A DNA stretch of 41,965 nucleotides, taken from NCBI GenBank assembly GCA_030248215.1, contig JASANG010001276.1:372001-413965 (forward strand), written 5' to 3'. This document shows, piece after piece, positions 32,001 to 41,965 of this stretch. This DNA comes from Enoplolaimus lenunculus (taxonomy: Eukaryota). Every line of letters begins with the position of its first letter. Position 1 is the first letter of the stretch. Below the pieces are notes generated by a model. The model was not told where the DNA came from. It searched no databases and saw only the letters and a program-made list of their open reading frames with translations. Both the position numbers and the translations under genes were made by a program.

Positions 32001-34556
32001 TAAACCATAGATTAAGTGGCCAATGTTACTTTTAGGGGCGTAAACAGTAGATTAAGTGGCCAATGTTACTTTTAGGGGCGTAAACAGTAGATTAAGTGGC
32101 CAATGTTACTTTTAGGGGCGTAAACAGTAGATTAAGTGGCCAATGTTACTTTTAGGGGCGTAACAGTAGATTAAGTGGTCAATGTTACTTTTAGGGGCGT
32201 AAACAGTAGATTAAGTGGCCAATGTTACTTTTAGGGGCGTAAACAGTAGATTAAGTGGCCAATGTTACTTTTAGGGGCGTAAACAGTAGATTAAGTGGCC
32301 AATGTTACTTTTAGGGGCGTAAACAGTAGATTAAGTGGCCAATGTTACTTTTAGGGGCGTAACAGTAGATTAAGTGGCCAATGTTACTTTTAGGGGCGTA
32401 AACAGTAGATTAAGTGGCCAATGTTACTTTTAGGGGCGTAAACAGTAGATTAAGTGGCCAATGTTACTTTTAGGGGCGTAACAGTAGATTAAGTGGCCAA
32501 TGTTACTTTTAGGGGCGTAACAGTAGATTAAGTGGCCAATGTTACTTTTAGGGGCGTAACAGTAGATTAAGTGGCCAATGTTACTTTTAGGGGCGTAACA
32601 GTAGATTAAGTGGCCAATGTTACTTTTAGGGGCGTAAACAGTAGATTAAGTGGCCAATGTTACTTTTAGGGGCGTAAACAGTAGATTAAGTCTAAGTGGC
32701 CAATGTTACTTTTAGGGGCGTAAACAGTAGATTAAGTGGCCAATGTTACTTTTAGGGGCGTAAAGTAGATTAAGTGGCCAATGTTACTTTTAGGGGCGTA
32801 AACAGTAGATTAAGTGGCCAATGTTACTTTTAGGGGCGTAAACAGTAGATTAAGTGGCCAATGTTACTTTTAGGGGCGTAAACAGTAGATTAAGTGGCCA
32901 ATGTTACTTTTAGGGGCGTAAACAGTAGATTAAGTGGCCAATGTTACTTTTAGGGGCGTAAACAGTAGATTAAGTGGCCAATGTTACTTTTAGGGGCGTA
33001 ACAGTAGATTAAGTGGCCAATGTTACTTTTAGGGGCGTAAACAGTAGATTAAGTGGCCAATGTTACTTTTAGGGGCGTAAACAGTAGATTAAGTGGCCAA
33101 TGTTACTTTTAGGGGCGTAAACAGTAGATTAAGTGGCCAATGTTACTTTTAGGGGCGTAAACAGTAGATTAAGTGGCCAATGTTACTTTTAGGGGCGTAA
33201 CAGTAGATTAAGTGGCCAATGTTACTTTTAGGGGCGTAACAGTAGATTAAGTGGCCAATGTTACTTTTAGGGGCGTAAACAGTAGATTAAGTGGCCAATG
33301 TTACTTTTAGGGGCGTAAACAGTAGATTAAGTGGCCAATGTTACTTTTAGGGGCGTGGCAGCAGATTAAGACGCCAATGTTACTTTTGGGTGCGTAACAG
33401 TAGATAAAGCGTATTTCTAAGCCTAAGCCTCGGCGACGGACGGCATCGTACGGGTGACGGACTGTGCCGCACCTCAAAAAGTATAACGCAACGCTAAGTC
33501 TCTTTCACATGTTTGAAAGCTATTAGACAAAGCGCTTTGCTGGCACTTTAATCGCAACAGTAAATTATGCTCTGCTGACCTAAGTTCCGTAGGTCGATTG
33601 GTTCAGGTCTTGGCTTCGGTATTGAGATGAAAAGTGTGGCATTATTACTTATATTTATACAATATTGTATATGAACCGCTTAAAAATAAATAAAACTCAA
33701 AATGTAAATATTATAATTTCGAATCAATATTTCACTAAACCAGAACATTTGGCCAAACCAGAATAGCAACAGTAATACGAACAAACACTGCTGGAATTAA
33801 CACAACTATTGAAGCTAACTTTTAAATCCCTAAATATTGAAAGATGAAAAGTATTTTACATGCACACAGTCGTTTGAGCATACTATGGTAGGATCCCCAA
33901 AATTCCGGGCTGGGAGCCCCTTGCGATGATCAAAATCTTTTTCAATTTTTTTGTTCATCATCTTGTTAGGGTGTGGGCCTCTATTTGATGTGCCCCCCAA
34001 ATAAAGAGGGCCAATGTTACTTTTGGGGCGCTACAGTAGATTAAGCGTATTCCTAAGCCTAAGCCTAAGCCTAAGCGTTGCAAACATGTGTTTCTAAGCC
34101 TAAGCCTAACCTAAGCAAAAAATGTAAATCTTGACTCTAAACTATTCTTCTGTTGACCCACCAGAAACCTGGACGACCCTCAAAGTAACATGGTCCTATG
34201 TAGTGGCGGCACAGACCCTGCGGTCACATCAATCAATACCTGAAACTCAAATGTGGATCTTGCCAAAACTGTGAGTAAAAGATATCGATTTCAAAATCGG
34301 CCGAAATTTCACTGAAACTCGAAATGTCTTGGATGTGAATTTCAGCTTTCACCGTCAATCCATCTTCGTTGGGCAGAACTATTTTGTGTGGATAATTGCG
34401 GCGGAGTTCTTGCGTTATTTCGCCTTCGTTCAGTCCGTCTGTACACCATTTGCGTTTTGCGCGTATACGATCAGCGTTGAAAACTACGACAAGCGCCAGA
34501 ACCGTAATGAAATTTGTCAAACTGCAGTTGACGTTTACCAGCGACCAAGATCGCAT
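27999..34556 (-). CDS. mod-1: MOD-1-like Cys-loop ligand-gated chloride channel subunit; 5 exons: 34556-34240, 31957-31780, 31436-31164, 30020-29855, 29044-27999 (1980 nt, 659 aa)
   Basis: Spliced at GT..AG with consistent phases. Features include a signal-peptide-like N-terminus, [27 protein letters not shown], Cys-loop [53 protein letters not shown]2 with PAR anion motif ([23 protein letters not shown]), [17 protein letters not shown] and M4 [13 protein letters not shown]. These segments closely match the C. elegans MOD-1 sequence as recalled. The channel family is certain; exact orthology needs a tree. Confidence 0.88.
29098..29320 (+). mobile_element. Telomeric-repeat MITE A1
   Basis: Flanks aatacaag/aatactag. 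Confidence 0.9.
29612..29822 (+). mobile_element. Telomeric-repeat MITE A3
   Basis: Similar to 27683-27943 along its length. Confidence 0.82.
29855..30020 (-). CDS. mod-1: mod-1-like exon 4 (M1-M2, PAR motif)
   Basis: ttttag acceptor, gtaaat donor. Confidence 0.95.
30753..31070. mobile_element. Inverted-repeat element with internal GCACTCG-like repeats (mod-1 intron 3)
   Basis: Left agttgtagcacagctttaccgtgcttccgatatat vs reverse complement of right end agttgtaccacggctttgcagtcttccgagatat. Confidence 0.72.
31164..31436 (-). CDS. mod-1: mod-1-like exon 3 (Cys-loop, loops B and C, pre-M1)
   Basis: tatag acceptor, GT donor at 31163-31162. Missed by the ORF track; translates [19 protein letters not shown]...[10 protein letters not shown]. 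Confidence 0.95.
31780..31957 (-). CDS. mod-1: mod-1-like exon 2 ([31 protein letters not shown])
   Basis: tttcag acceptor, gtattt donor. Confidence 0.92.
31976..33430 (+). repeat. Tandem minisatellite, ~36 units of 39-40 bp (gtggccaatgttacttttaggggcgta(a)acagtagattaa), derived from the left end of MITE A2
   Basis: 33 near-perfect units (32016-33330) plus degenerate edge units; the last unit runs on into gcgtatttctaagcctaagcct, the normal continuation of the MITE. Confidence 0.97.
34009..34196 (+). mobile_element. Telomeric-repeat MITE A2
   Basis: GGCCAATGTTACTTTTGGGGCG...CAAAGTAACATGGTCC. Confidence 0.88.
34240..34556 (-). CDS. mod-1: mod-1-like exon 1 (signal peptide, N-terminal ECD)
   Basis: ATG at 34556; donor GT at 34239-34238. 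Confidence 0.88.
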
Positions 34557-34669
34557 ATGCGGCTTTTTTGAAGCGAATCTTTTAAGTTAAAATCGTATAT
34601 AGATTTGTCTAAAAACATTTTGAAATATTTCAATACTCGCCGCAGATTTTAAGTGTCTGCCCATTACGC

Positions 34670-34939
34670 TTAACCCTTCTCACATTGAGTTGCCTGTAGG
34701 CAACTCAGCGCAGTGTATATACGTTAAATAGTATATATCGCACCGTGTTTAACAATTGCAACACGTATACATAGTACTAAATCACCACAAGACGTGAGAG
34801 CCCCCTCGGGCTCGAGCGTCAAGCTCCTATAGCTGAGTGGTGATGGTATACGCCTCGCACTCCAGTCACTGGAGTTCGAATCCTAGCATAAAAGTAGGTC
34901 TAAGGGGAAATAGAAAATATTCATGTGAGAAACGTTTAA
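34670..34939 (+). mobile_element. TTAA-flanked (piggyBac-like) short element containing tRNA-like A box (34830-34840) and B box (34874-34883)
   Basis: TTAA|CCCTTCTCACAT...ATGTGAGAAACGT|TTAA; TAGCTGAGTGG and GTTCGAATCC inside; related copies at 4214, 36643 and 41193. Confidence 0.72.
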
Positions 34940-35588
34940 ACCTAAACCTATGCATGAGAATAAAAAATTTACTAAACTTATGCCTCTGACCCGAATGTCC
35001 AACACCTTCCGTTTCGGCTGTCTCCCAGTGGAAGCCCCCATAAGTAACATGCGTCCAACGCTGTATGTGACACGCTGAAGAAACAGCTAAGCCTAACTGA
35101 AAAGTTGTATGTGAAATATTTGGCAAAGTATCAACGTACTTTTCAAATTGTTTCGGAAAATTTCGGTTAAATTTGAGGGCAAATATAGAAAAATAGGTAT
35201 TTATCTGAAATTAATTTTTCAAGAAATTTCATGAATGAAAGTTACTGATACACAGAGCAGAACAGCTTGTGAGACGAGACTGGACATGATTGACTATCGC
35301 TACTGTATCCACAGTTTACTTTAATTTTCACCGCCGTGTGGAATTTCACACAATCCGACCTGACTTTTGGTGGTCTCGATATTAATTAGAATAAACGCTA
35401 ACTATATCAAGATTTTCGAATATGAGCGGAATATGATTAGTCGAGTTGGCTACCTGGCATTTTTCTATTGACTCAACATTTGGTAAAGGAAAAAACGCAA
35501 TACGTGCTGGGTACATTCTTTTTTCACACGCCGTATGTTTCAGTTGCACACTGTTCACAAAGAAAACGATCATCTACTATTGTTTTTA

Positions 35589-35783
35589 CCAAAGACGGAG
35601 CAGCCACCCTCCATACCCCCCATTTGGGGGGCATCCCTACAGGGGCCCCCGCCCTAACCGGATGAAACGAAAACCGCTTAAGTTTCAAAATGCGCCAGGC
35701 TTCTCGTTCGCTACGCTCGCGAGTTTCGAGCCCGCCACCCTGGAATTTGGGTAAAGCCCTCACCCACGCCTGCTCCGGCACTG
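35589..35783 (-). mobile_element. GC-rich repeat (CAGTGCCG terminus), related to 14863-14986
   Basis: Shared blocks as above, with a longer interior. Confidence 0.7.
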
Positions 35784-36127
35784 AGTTTTACTGATATAAT
35801 TGTCGTAAAATGAGGATTAATTTTTGCACAAAGCGGGCGCATAAACAGCTTGGCGTAATACCCAATGCCAAGCTGAAAAATTGTTTTCTAGACACATTGC
35901 TTATAAATTTAGTCAAAATTTCACTTGTATCAAAAAAGCGTGGTAGAAGTGCATCTGGCATATTTTTTTGCCAAAATGTATATTTTATTTGTATGGTAAA
36001 ATTGCCACGCTTGACAACGATGAATTTTGATTGATTCGCTCTAGAATTCCAAAAACCTCTCCTGGTCGTTTAGGTATCGCTAACATAAAGCACGATGCTT
36101 TAGCAAAAAAATAATTGCGATCGCCTA

Positions 36128-36564
36128 CTGTAGGGACCCGAATAAGAGGGGAGATAATAAGAGGGGGTCCCCATTTTGAATCAATAAGAGTTCGTAACCC
36201 TAGTAAGAGACCGTTAGCGAATAGGGACCCTGAGCCCAAATTACAGTCCATAAATGTCAATTATCCCTAAATGTAGTGCGTAAATAACTACAGGCCCAAA
36301 TAAAGTTGAGTTCGAAATTTTAAAATGCACTTAAGCTTTGAAAGCAACATTCCCAAGTATAATCTTGCATTATCGCTCAAGCTTTTGATACAAGATAAAT
36401 AAACGTTTAATTTAACGGTTAATTGCAGTACCGGATATTTATCAGTGACGAAGGGTGGTGGAGCTTGGGTTAGAAATGAATAACAGTCCGTAACCGAATA
36501 ACAATGGGATACCCTCTGGAGAGGCTAAATAAATATCAGGCCCCTCTTATTCGGGTTACTACAG
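36128..36564 (+). mobile_element. MITE family C, full length
   Basis: TA|CTGTAGGGACCCGAATAAGAGG...CCTCTTATTCGGGTTACTACAG|TA. Confidence 0.9.
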
Positions 36565-36642
36565 TATAAGATATTTTTGGAAAGCTAAAAAGATACCAAT
36601 ACTCAAAAATTAATCACAAAACACGTTTCTGTGTACATATAC

Positions 36643-36960
36643 TAACCCCTTCCCAACCGAATATTTTCTATTTCAGGCCAATTCTGACCAATGTTACTTT
36701 TACGTGCGTAACAGTAGATTAAGCGTATTTCTAAGCCTAAGCCTAAGCCTAAGCGAAAAAAAATGTAATTTAGAATATAAACCTACTCTTTTATAGACCC
36801 ACCAGAAACCTAGACGCCCCTTAAAGTAACATGGACCTCAATTCAAATTTCAGCCTAGGATTCGAATCAGACTATTCGACTGGGAGGAGATTACCGTCCT
36901 TGAACCCGAGAAAGCTCATGACTGTGTAAAGATTTGTACTGCGAACAGGTGTAATTATGA
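36643..36960 (-). mobile_element. TTAA/tRNA-box element copy, degenerate, interrupted by MITE A2
   Basis: The reverse complement shows agtacaaatc, ttcgaatcctag and gaaatagaaaatattc; boundaries approximate. Confidence 0.55.
36686..36837 (+). mobile_element. Telomeric-repeat MITE A2, nested in a TTAA/tRNA-box element
   Basis: GACCAATGTTACTTTT...TTAAAGTAACATGGACC; flanks ccaattct/tcaattca. Confidence 0.87.
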
Positions 36961-37818
36961 AGCACTAGTAAAATTGTGCAATTATAAATAAAACTTAACA
37001 TGAGAAATCCAACTTAAAACAACTCGGTATACTTCTCAAAATCCCAATTAACGTTCCCAAACTAAACCATCCCTACTAACACAAACACAGAATACAATCC
37101 TTTATAAAGATATGCTAATTAACTCAACCGAAACACAACCGAACCTCTACGTAAGCCGCTAATAAATTCTTTGAAATTTTATTCAACAAATCTAATAAGA
37201 TTGAGTACTACAAACTAAACTCTCGAAGGATAGTTTAATTGGACTGAACTCAAATGCTTCGTATTGCTGTATTTGGTCAGGCAAGGAACCTTGAACCAGT
37301 CGCATTGAATCGCGCAACCTATCTTCAGTATTGCTCATGTTTTGTAAACGCCAGTTGTTTGCGATATTAAAAATGGTAGCACGAAAGTTCGGTCTTCTGA
37401 TAACGTGTCCACTTTACATTTTGTAAGCTGAAATCTCGTCGACTCGACAATTTGTCGCGTATCATTATGCTTTTAAGTTTAGTCTTAGGTTTAGATGTTT
37501 AGAATGTTTAGAATGATACTTACGTTTAGACGTATGACCCTGGCGGATCGGTAATTGTCGAGCGATGCAATTGTCGTAGATTCATTGAGAATTACTGGTT
37601 CGAGCGGATAAACGTTTTTCGTAGCCGTCTGTCAAAAATACTCTGTTTCATAGCACCACTTTTTGGTGTCAAACGTATTCACACTTCACGCGGAAATATG
37701 CTTTCAAAGTAAGCCATTTTTAACCCAGGTGAAAGCCCGTGTTCTATTGTGGGCACACGGTCGCAAAATTTCAGCTAGGTTGTGTTTCCACACGATGTTG
37801 AAACTATCAAGAAGAGAG

Positions 37819-38079
37819 GGACCATATAAAGATCAGGAGCGGAACGTTTTTCAGTGGGACTGCAATAGTGTAAGCTTAAGCTGTAGACTATGTTTTTTGC
37901 TTGGCTTGGCTAAGACTTAGGCTTACGCTTAGGAATAGGTATGCTCATTCTTACGCTTAGGCTTAGACTTAGACTTAAGCTTAGGAATACGCTCGTCGTT
38001 CTTACTTTAGGCTTAGGCTTAGGCTTAGGCTTAGGAATATGCTTATAATGCTGTTTCGTACCTGTTCTTTACATTGGCC
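37819..38079 (-). mobile_element. Telomeric-repeat MITE A1
   Basis: Ends CTGTTCTTTACATTGGCC; internal (TTAGGC)n. Confidence 0.9.
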
Positions 38080-38745
38080 GACAGAGAGCAACAATAAGTT
38101 ATTGGCATTGGTTGGATCGTTTGTTGTGGTTACACCTTCGAATCGAAAAACAATCACTTTCTATATGTACTTGAACCATTAAGTGATAAACATAGAGTCG
38201 GTTAAGGGTTGTGTTAAAAGGCACATATCAACAAAGGTAAAAAAGGGGGATTAGTATACCGTAAACTGTGACACTTGTAACCTAATCAGTGTCCTACACA
38301 TAGTCATTTATCAATGTCGCTAATTTCTCGTGCTAAACCTCGTGTATTAGCAAAAAAATGTTTATTTTTACGTTTACATGTCGGAATAATCGATAACTTT
38401 AACGGTGAAAAATTGTTTCTACAGGCAGCACCCAACACCTTTTACGTGAATGGCGTTTCAAGTAAGAAGGCATATTTGGTTAAAAAGGTTTGCTTCTACA
38501 CATATCCCATCGCCGCATATTTCGTTATATTTTTAGGTTTTGGCTTGATTCAGGTTACGGATTGACACGGTTCGATTTTGACTTGGTATTAGGCTTAGGT
38601 TGTAGCATTGAGCTTAGGTTTGGTCTTTGGCTTTGACTTAACACTCTCACTCCGACCATATTTACAGTGGCTAACCGCTAACACGTAAACTGCACTTTTT
38701 AGTGAATTGAATATGTTTATAGGAAGTTTTACGGTTCAGAAAAGC

Positions 38746-38959
38746 GGCCAATGTAATAAAACAGGGGCTGAACAGTATTGTAAGCATATTCCTAAGCCTA
38801 CACCTATGCCTACGATTAAGCGTATGAACGAGCATATCCCTAAGCCTAAGCCTAAGCCTATGCCTAAGCCTAAGCCAAGTAAAAAATTAGTGTAAAGCTT
38901 AAGCTTACTCTATTGCAGTTTCACAGAAAAAGGTTCCGTACCTGACCTTTACATGGGCC
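38746..38959 (+). mobile_element. Telomeric-repeat MITE A1
   Basis: Flanks agaaaagc/agaatagc; GGCC termini. Confidence 0.9.
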
Positions 38960-40111
38960 AGAATAGCTTAAGATGATCCTACCGAAACATATTACACACA
39001 GGCGTGTTCCGTAAAAAATTACAAATTTAAGCGTGCTGAAAAACAGCTTTTATTCCGAGTTTCTGTAGATATAGCGGCAATTATACTCCATAATTGCTCC
39101 AATAACACACTCCAACTTAATACCGAATAACGTGACATAAAATTTTTGACACTCAAAAAATTGCACAGCATCCGGCAAAAACTCACACCGAAGCCTGAAT
39201 TGAACGTCTATTCTTGGCTGGAACCCGAATTAAAAAACGTGCGCTATGCTTTACTGCGCGGCGATTTTTAAAGGATTTTTAACCTTACGCGTGGCGCCGT
39301 CGAACGCCAGCATTTGGCGTCGCACTGCAAGTTTGGCGCAACCCCGAACCGATGTTTCGACGTCAAACCCTGCATATACACCACAGTTTTTACATGGCTG
39401 TATTAATCTATTTTAGTCCACAAACCAAATTAGAACATTTTCCTATTTTAACAGTACGAGTACATAATTTTTAAAGATAAATGACTTTTTGGTTAAAATA
39501 ATGCGTTTTTTCGATTTAAGATATGCAACACGCGGAGAAAACAGACCCCGCAATATATACAGCTCAACTACGATTGCACAATTGATAGCAGATCATATGA
39601 AAAAAAAGTGAGACAGACCGTATGAAAACTATTCGATTTCTATACTGGCCGCACTTAGCAAACCTGGAACACAAACTGGCAACTGGTTCATTATTGCCGA
39701 CTAATTTTTTTAGTAAATGTGTGTAGAGGTACACGACAAACACATGCCGTATTCATATAACTTTTAAGCTATAGAAACCGGAACTAGCGGATACAAAAGG
39801 AGCGACGTTTAGCCTAGGACTTGTACCCGGAATAGAAGCTAAAATTTGCAGCAAATCAAGATTTTGTATTAAGGTGAACCTTATTAATGCAAAATCGTCG
39901 TGGTTTTGAGTCTTATTGGTAAACTAACCCAGCCTAGGCCCCTTAACATGAATTAAAAGTAAAAATTTTGCATTAAAATTTAGAAATAAAATAGCGTTTG
40001 GATTCTCGCTCGCAAGATTTTTTCATTATTATATGAAACGAGGCCTCCATCGTCAGAAATTTCTGCATCCGCCACTGTGACAAGTTAATAGGAACACCGA
40101 GATATTACGTA

Positions 40112-40545
40112 CTGTAATTACCCGAATAAGAGGGGGTAATAAGAGTGGGGGTCCCCATTTTGGGTCCCAATCAAAAGGAGTCCGTTTCCCTAATAAGAAT
40201 CCGTAAGCGGATAGAGTCCCTAAACCATAATTAGAGTTCATAAATGCCAATTTTTCCTAACTCTACTAGTTGTACATAAATGATTTCAGGTTCAAATAAA
40301 GTTGAAAGCATACTTGAGTTTTGAAAGTACATTCCTAAGTATAACTTTGTATTATCGCTCAAGTTATTGACACAACACAAATAATCGTATAATTCAGCGG
40401 ATAGTTGCAGTACCGGGTATATATCAGTAACGAAGGGTGGCGGAGCGTGGGTTAAAAATGAATAACAGTCCGCAACCGAATAACAGGTGGGCCCTATGTA
40501 GAGGCTAAATAAATATCAGTCCGTCTCTTATTCGGGTCACTACAG
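40112..40545 (+). mobile_element. MITE family C, full length
   Basis: TA|CTGTAATTACCCGAATAAGAG...CTCTTATTCGGGTCACTACAG. Confidence 0.9.
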
Positions 40546-41192
40546 TGCTGTTAAAAACACGGAAGTGCATAAAAAATATAATTTCACTGGTCTTGACGTC
40601 AAGTTGTTGAAGTATGATTTATGAAGCATTCAAGCTTCATTGAACGATTGAACGACAAAGATGTTGGTTACCTTCCGTACAGAGGTAAAGTTTCCACGTA
40701 AAAATGGTAAATATTATCTTGAGTAGCTTCGTGTTCTTTCGGACCAATCCAAAGAAAGCTCTAATAAACTAAAAAAATTGGAAAGTTTCAGGTAAATCCA
40801 AAAAAGCAGGGTGTAAACGGAATGTAAAAATAACGGAAACGAATAGCGATAAAATAACGAACACGAATATTAGAGTATAAAAGTGTCAAAAATGTTTCAT
40901 TTTTCTGCGAACACAATTAAGACATGCAAACATTCACTGGACTTTGTAAACTTTCAAAGGAAAATAGCGGACGTAGCGAAATTTTTATTATTTTGGATGG
41001 AATTTCGTATTTTTTATTTCATATCGAACAATTGAAGCATATTTGTGACGAAAAATTGCGAGTTATATACGTGATTGTTAACGTCTTTTAGAAGTACAAA
41101 ATTAACAGAATTTCTGGTATTTCTATAACAAATGGACACCGATTTTTACCGGAAACGGATATTCGGTTAACCCTGTAAAAAAGTGTTTCATT

Positions 41193-41407
41193 TTAATCAT
41201 TCTTCGCACAAAAGTATACTGTGATAACAAATATCACGTATATGCGCAGGAATATGTCTTCACGATACTGAGAGCACCCGCCGTCTTGAGCGTTAAGCTG
41301 TTACTGCTGAGTAAATGTGGTGACAATTGAACGCCTCCAACTCGACTGTCTGAGTTTTGTATCTTAGACTGGAATAAGATTAAAATATTCCTTTGAGGAC
41401 GAATTAA
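41193..41407 (+). mobile_element. TTAA/tRNA-box element copy, degenerate
   Basis: tgagagc..gagcgttaagct..gctgagt..aaaatattcctttgaggacgaattaa parallels the 34670 copy. Confidence 0.5.
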
Positions 41408-41965
41408 ATAAATCGAAATTAATATAAAACGCGTTTATTATTTTCTTCAGATCATATGACTATGGTACAAAAATCTCAAACACACCATACGCTTGCGGCA
41501 AGTCTATGTTTGCATTTTTGCACGCCAGATATCTTACGGCCAATCATGGTCTCGAACCGTTTAAAAGATGATTTTAACCTTGAAATGTCTACTTTTGTTC
41601 AAAATGTTTATCCGGCACACAAACAGCCAGTATTAGTCTGCGCCTGTAGGCTTGGTTTATTCACCCTTCAAGTTCGCCTATGAAAGCGTATTTAATTAGT
41701 GTCTGTTTGAGTGGTATGATCTTTTATTAAAAGCTATACGATTAAGCAAAAGTTATGCGTTATATAAGTGCAATACTCATAATGTGTGTAGGGATACCAC
41801 TGGATCCGTGACTCCGCTGAGTTGAAATTTTCTGGGGAAACCCGAGAGACACGAAATTTGAGCGTGTCGGGTTGGAAAACCACTGGTGGAAATGTTTTTG
41901 GAGCCGTAGCGGGGTATTCACCTGGGGGATCCAAGTGTGCGACCCCTGGGTGTAGTACTCCGTAG

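Noticed and set aside
31976..33430. CRISPR-like appearance of the 40-bp periodic array
   Set aside because: Units are contiguous with no unique spacers, there are no cas genes, the context is a eukaryotic intron, and the unit derives from a MITE end.
34823..34890. Functional tRNA gene
   Set aside because: A and B boxes are present, but no convincing acceptor or anticodon stem could be folded, and it lies within a dispersed repeat.
41451..41683. Possible exon after a good ttttcttcag acceptor (ORF 41456-41683)
   Set aside because: No recognisable protein similarity in the frames read and no partner exons identified.

Overview
Eukaryotic, AT-rich genomic DNA, almost certainly from a nematode (TTAGGC telomere-type repeats, a MOD-1-like channel). 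The relaxed splice acceptors and ancestral-looking intron pattern suggest a non-Caenorhabditis lineage, which is an inference. Three protein-coding genes can be reconstructed. (1) bbs-8/TTC8, a BBSome TPR subunit, on the + strand: 11 exons, 2358..26024, 499 aa, with an X-box-like motif just upstream. (2) An intronless 709-aa FMRFamide-receptor-like class A GPCR (9500..11629, - strand) nested antisense inside the 15.8-kb sixth intron of bbs-8. (3) A mod-1-like anion-selective Cys-loop channel on the - strand: 5 exons, 27999..34556, 659 aa, convergent with bbs-8. Non-coding DNA is packed with short non-autonomous DNA elements of at least seven families. The most striking is a roughly 20-copy family with GGCC termini, 8-bp TSDs and internal TTAGGC repeats, whose left end has been amplified into a roughly 36-unit 40-bp satellite in mod-1 intron 1. 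Also present are a perfect 244-bp inverted repeat upstream of bbs-8 and a TTAA-flanked element carrying tRNA-like A/B boxes. No CRISPR array, rRNA, intact tRNA or transposase ORF was found. All family assignments come from manual reading and recalled family features, not database searches.
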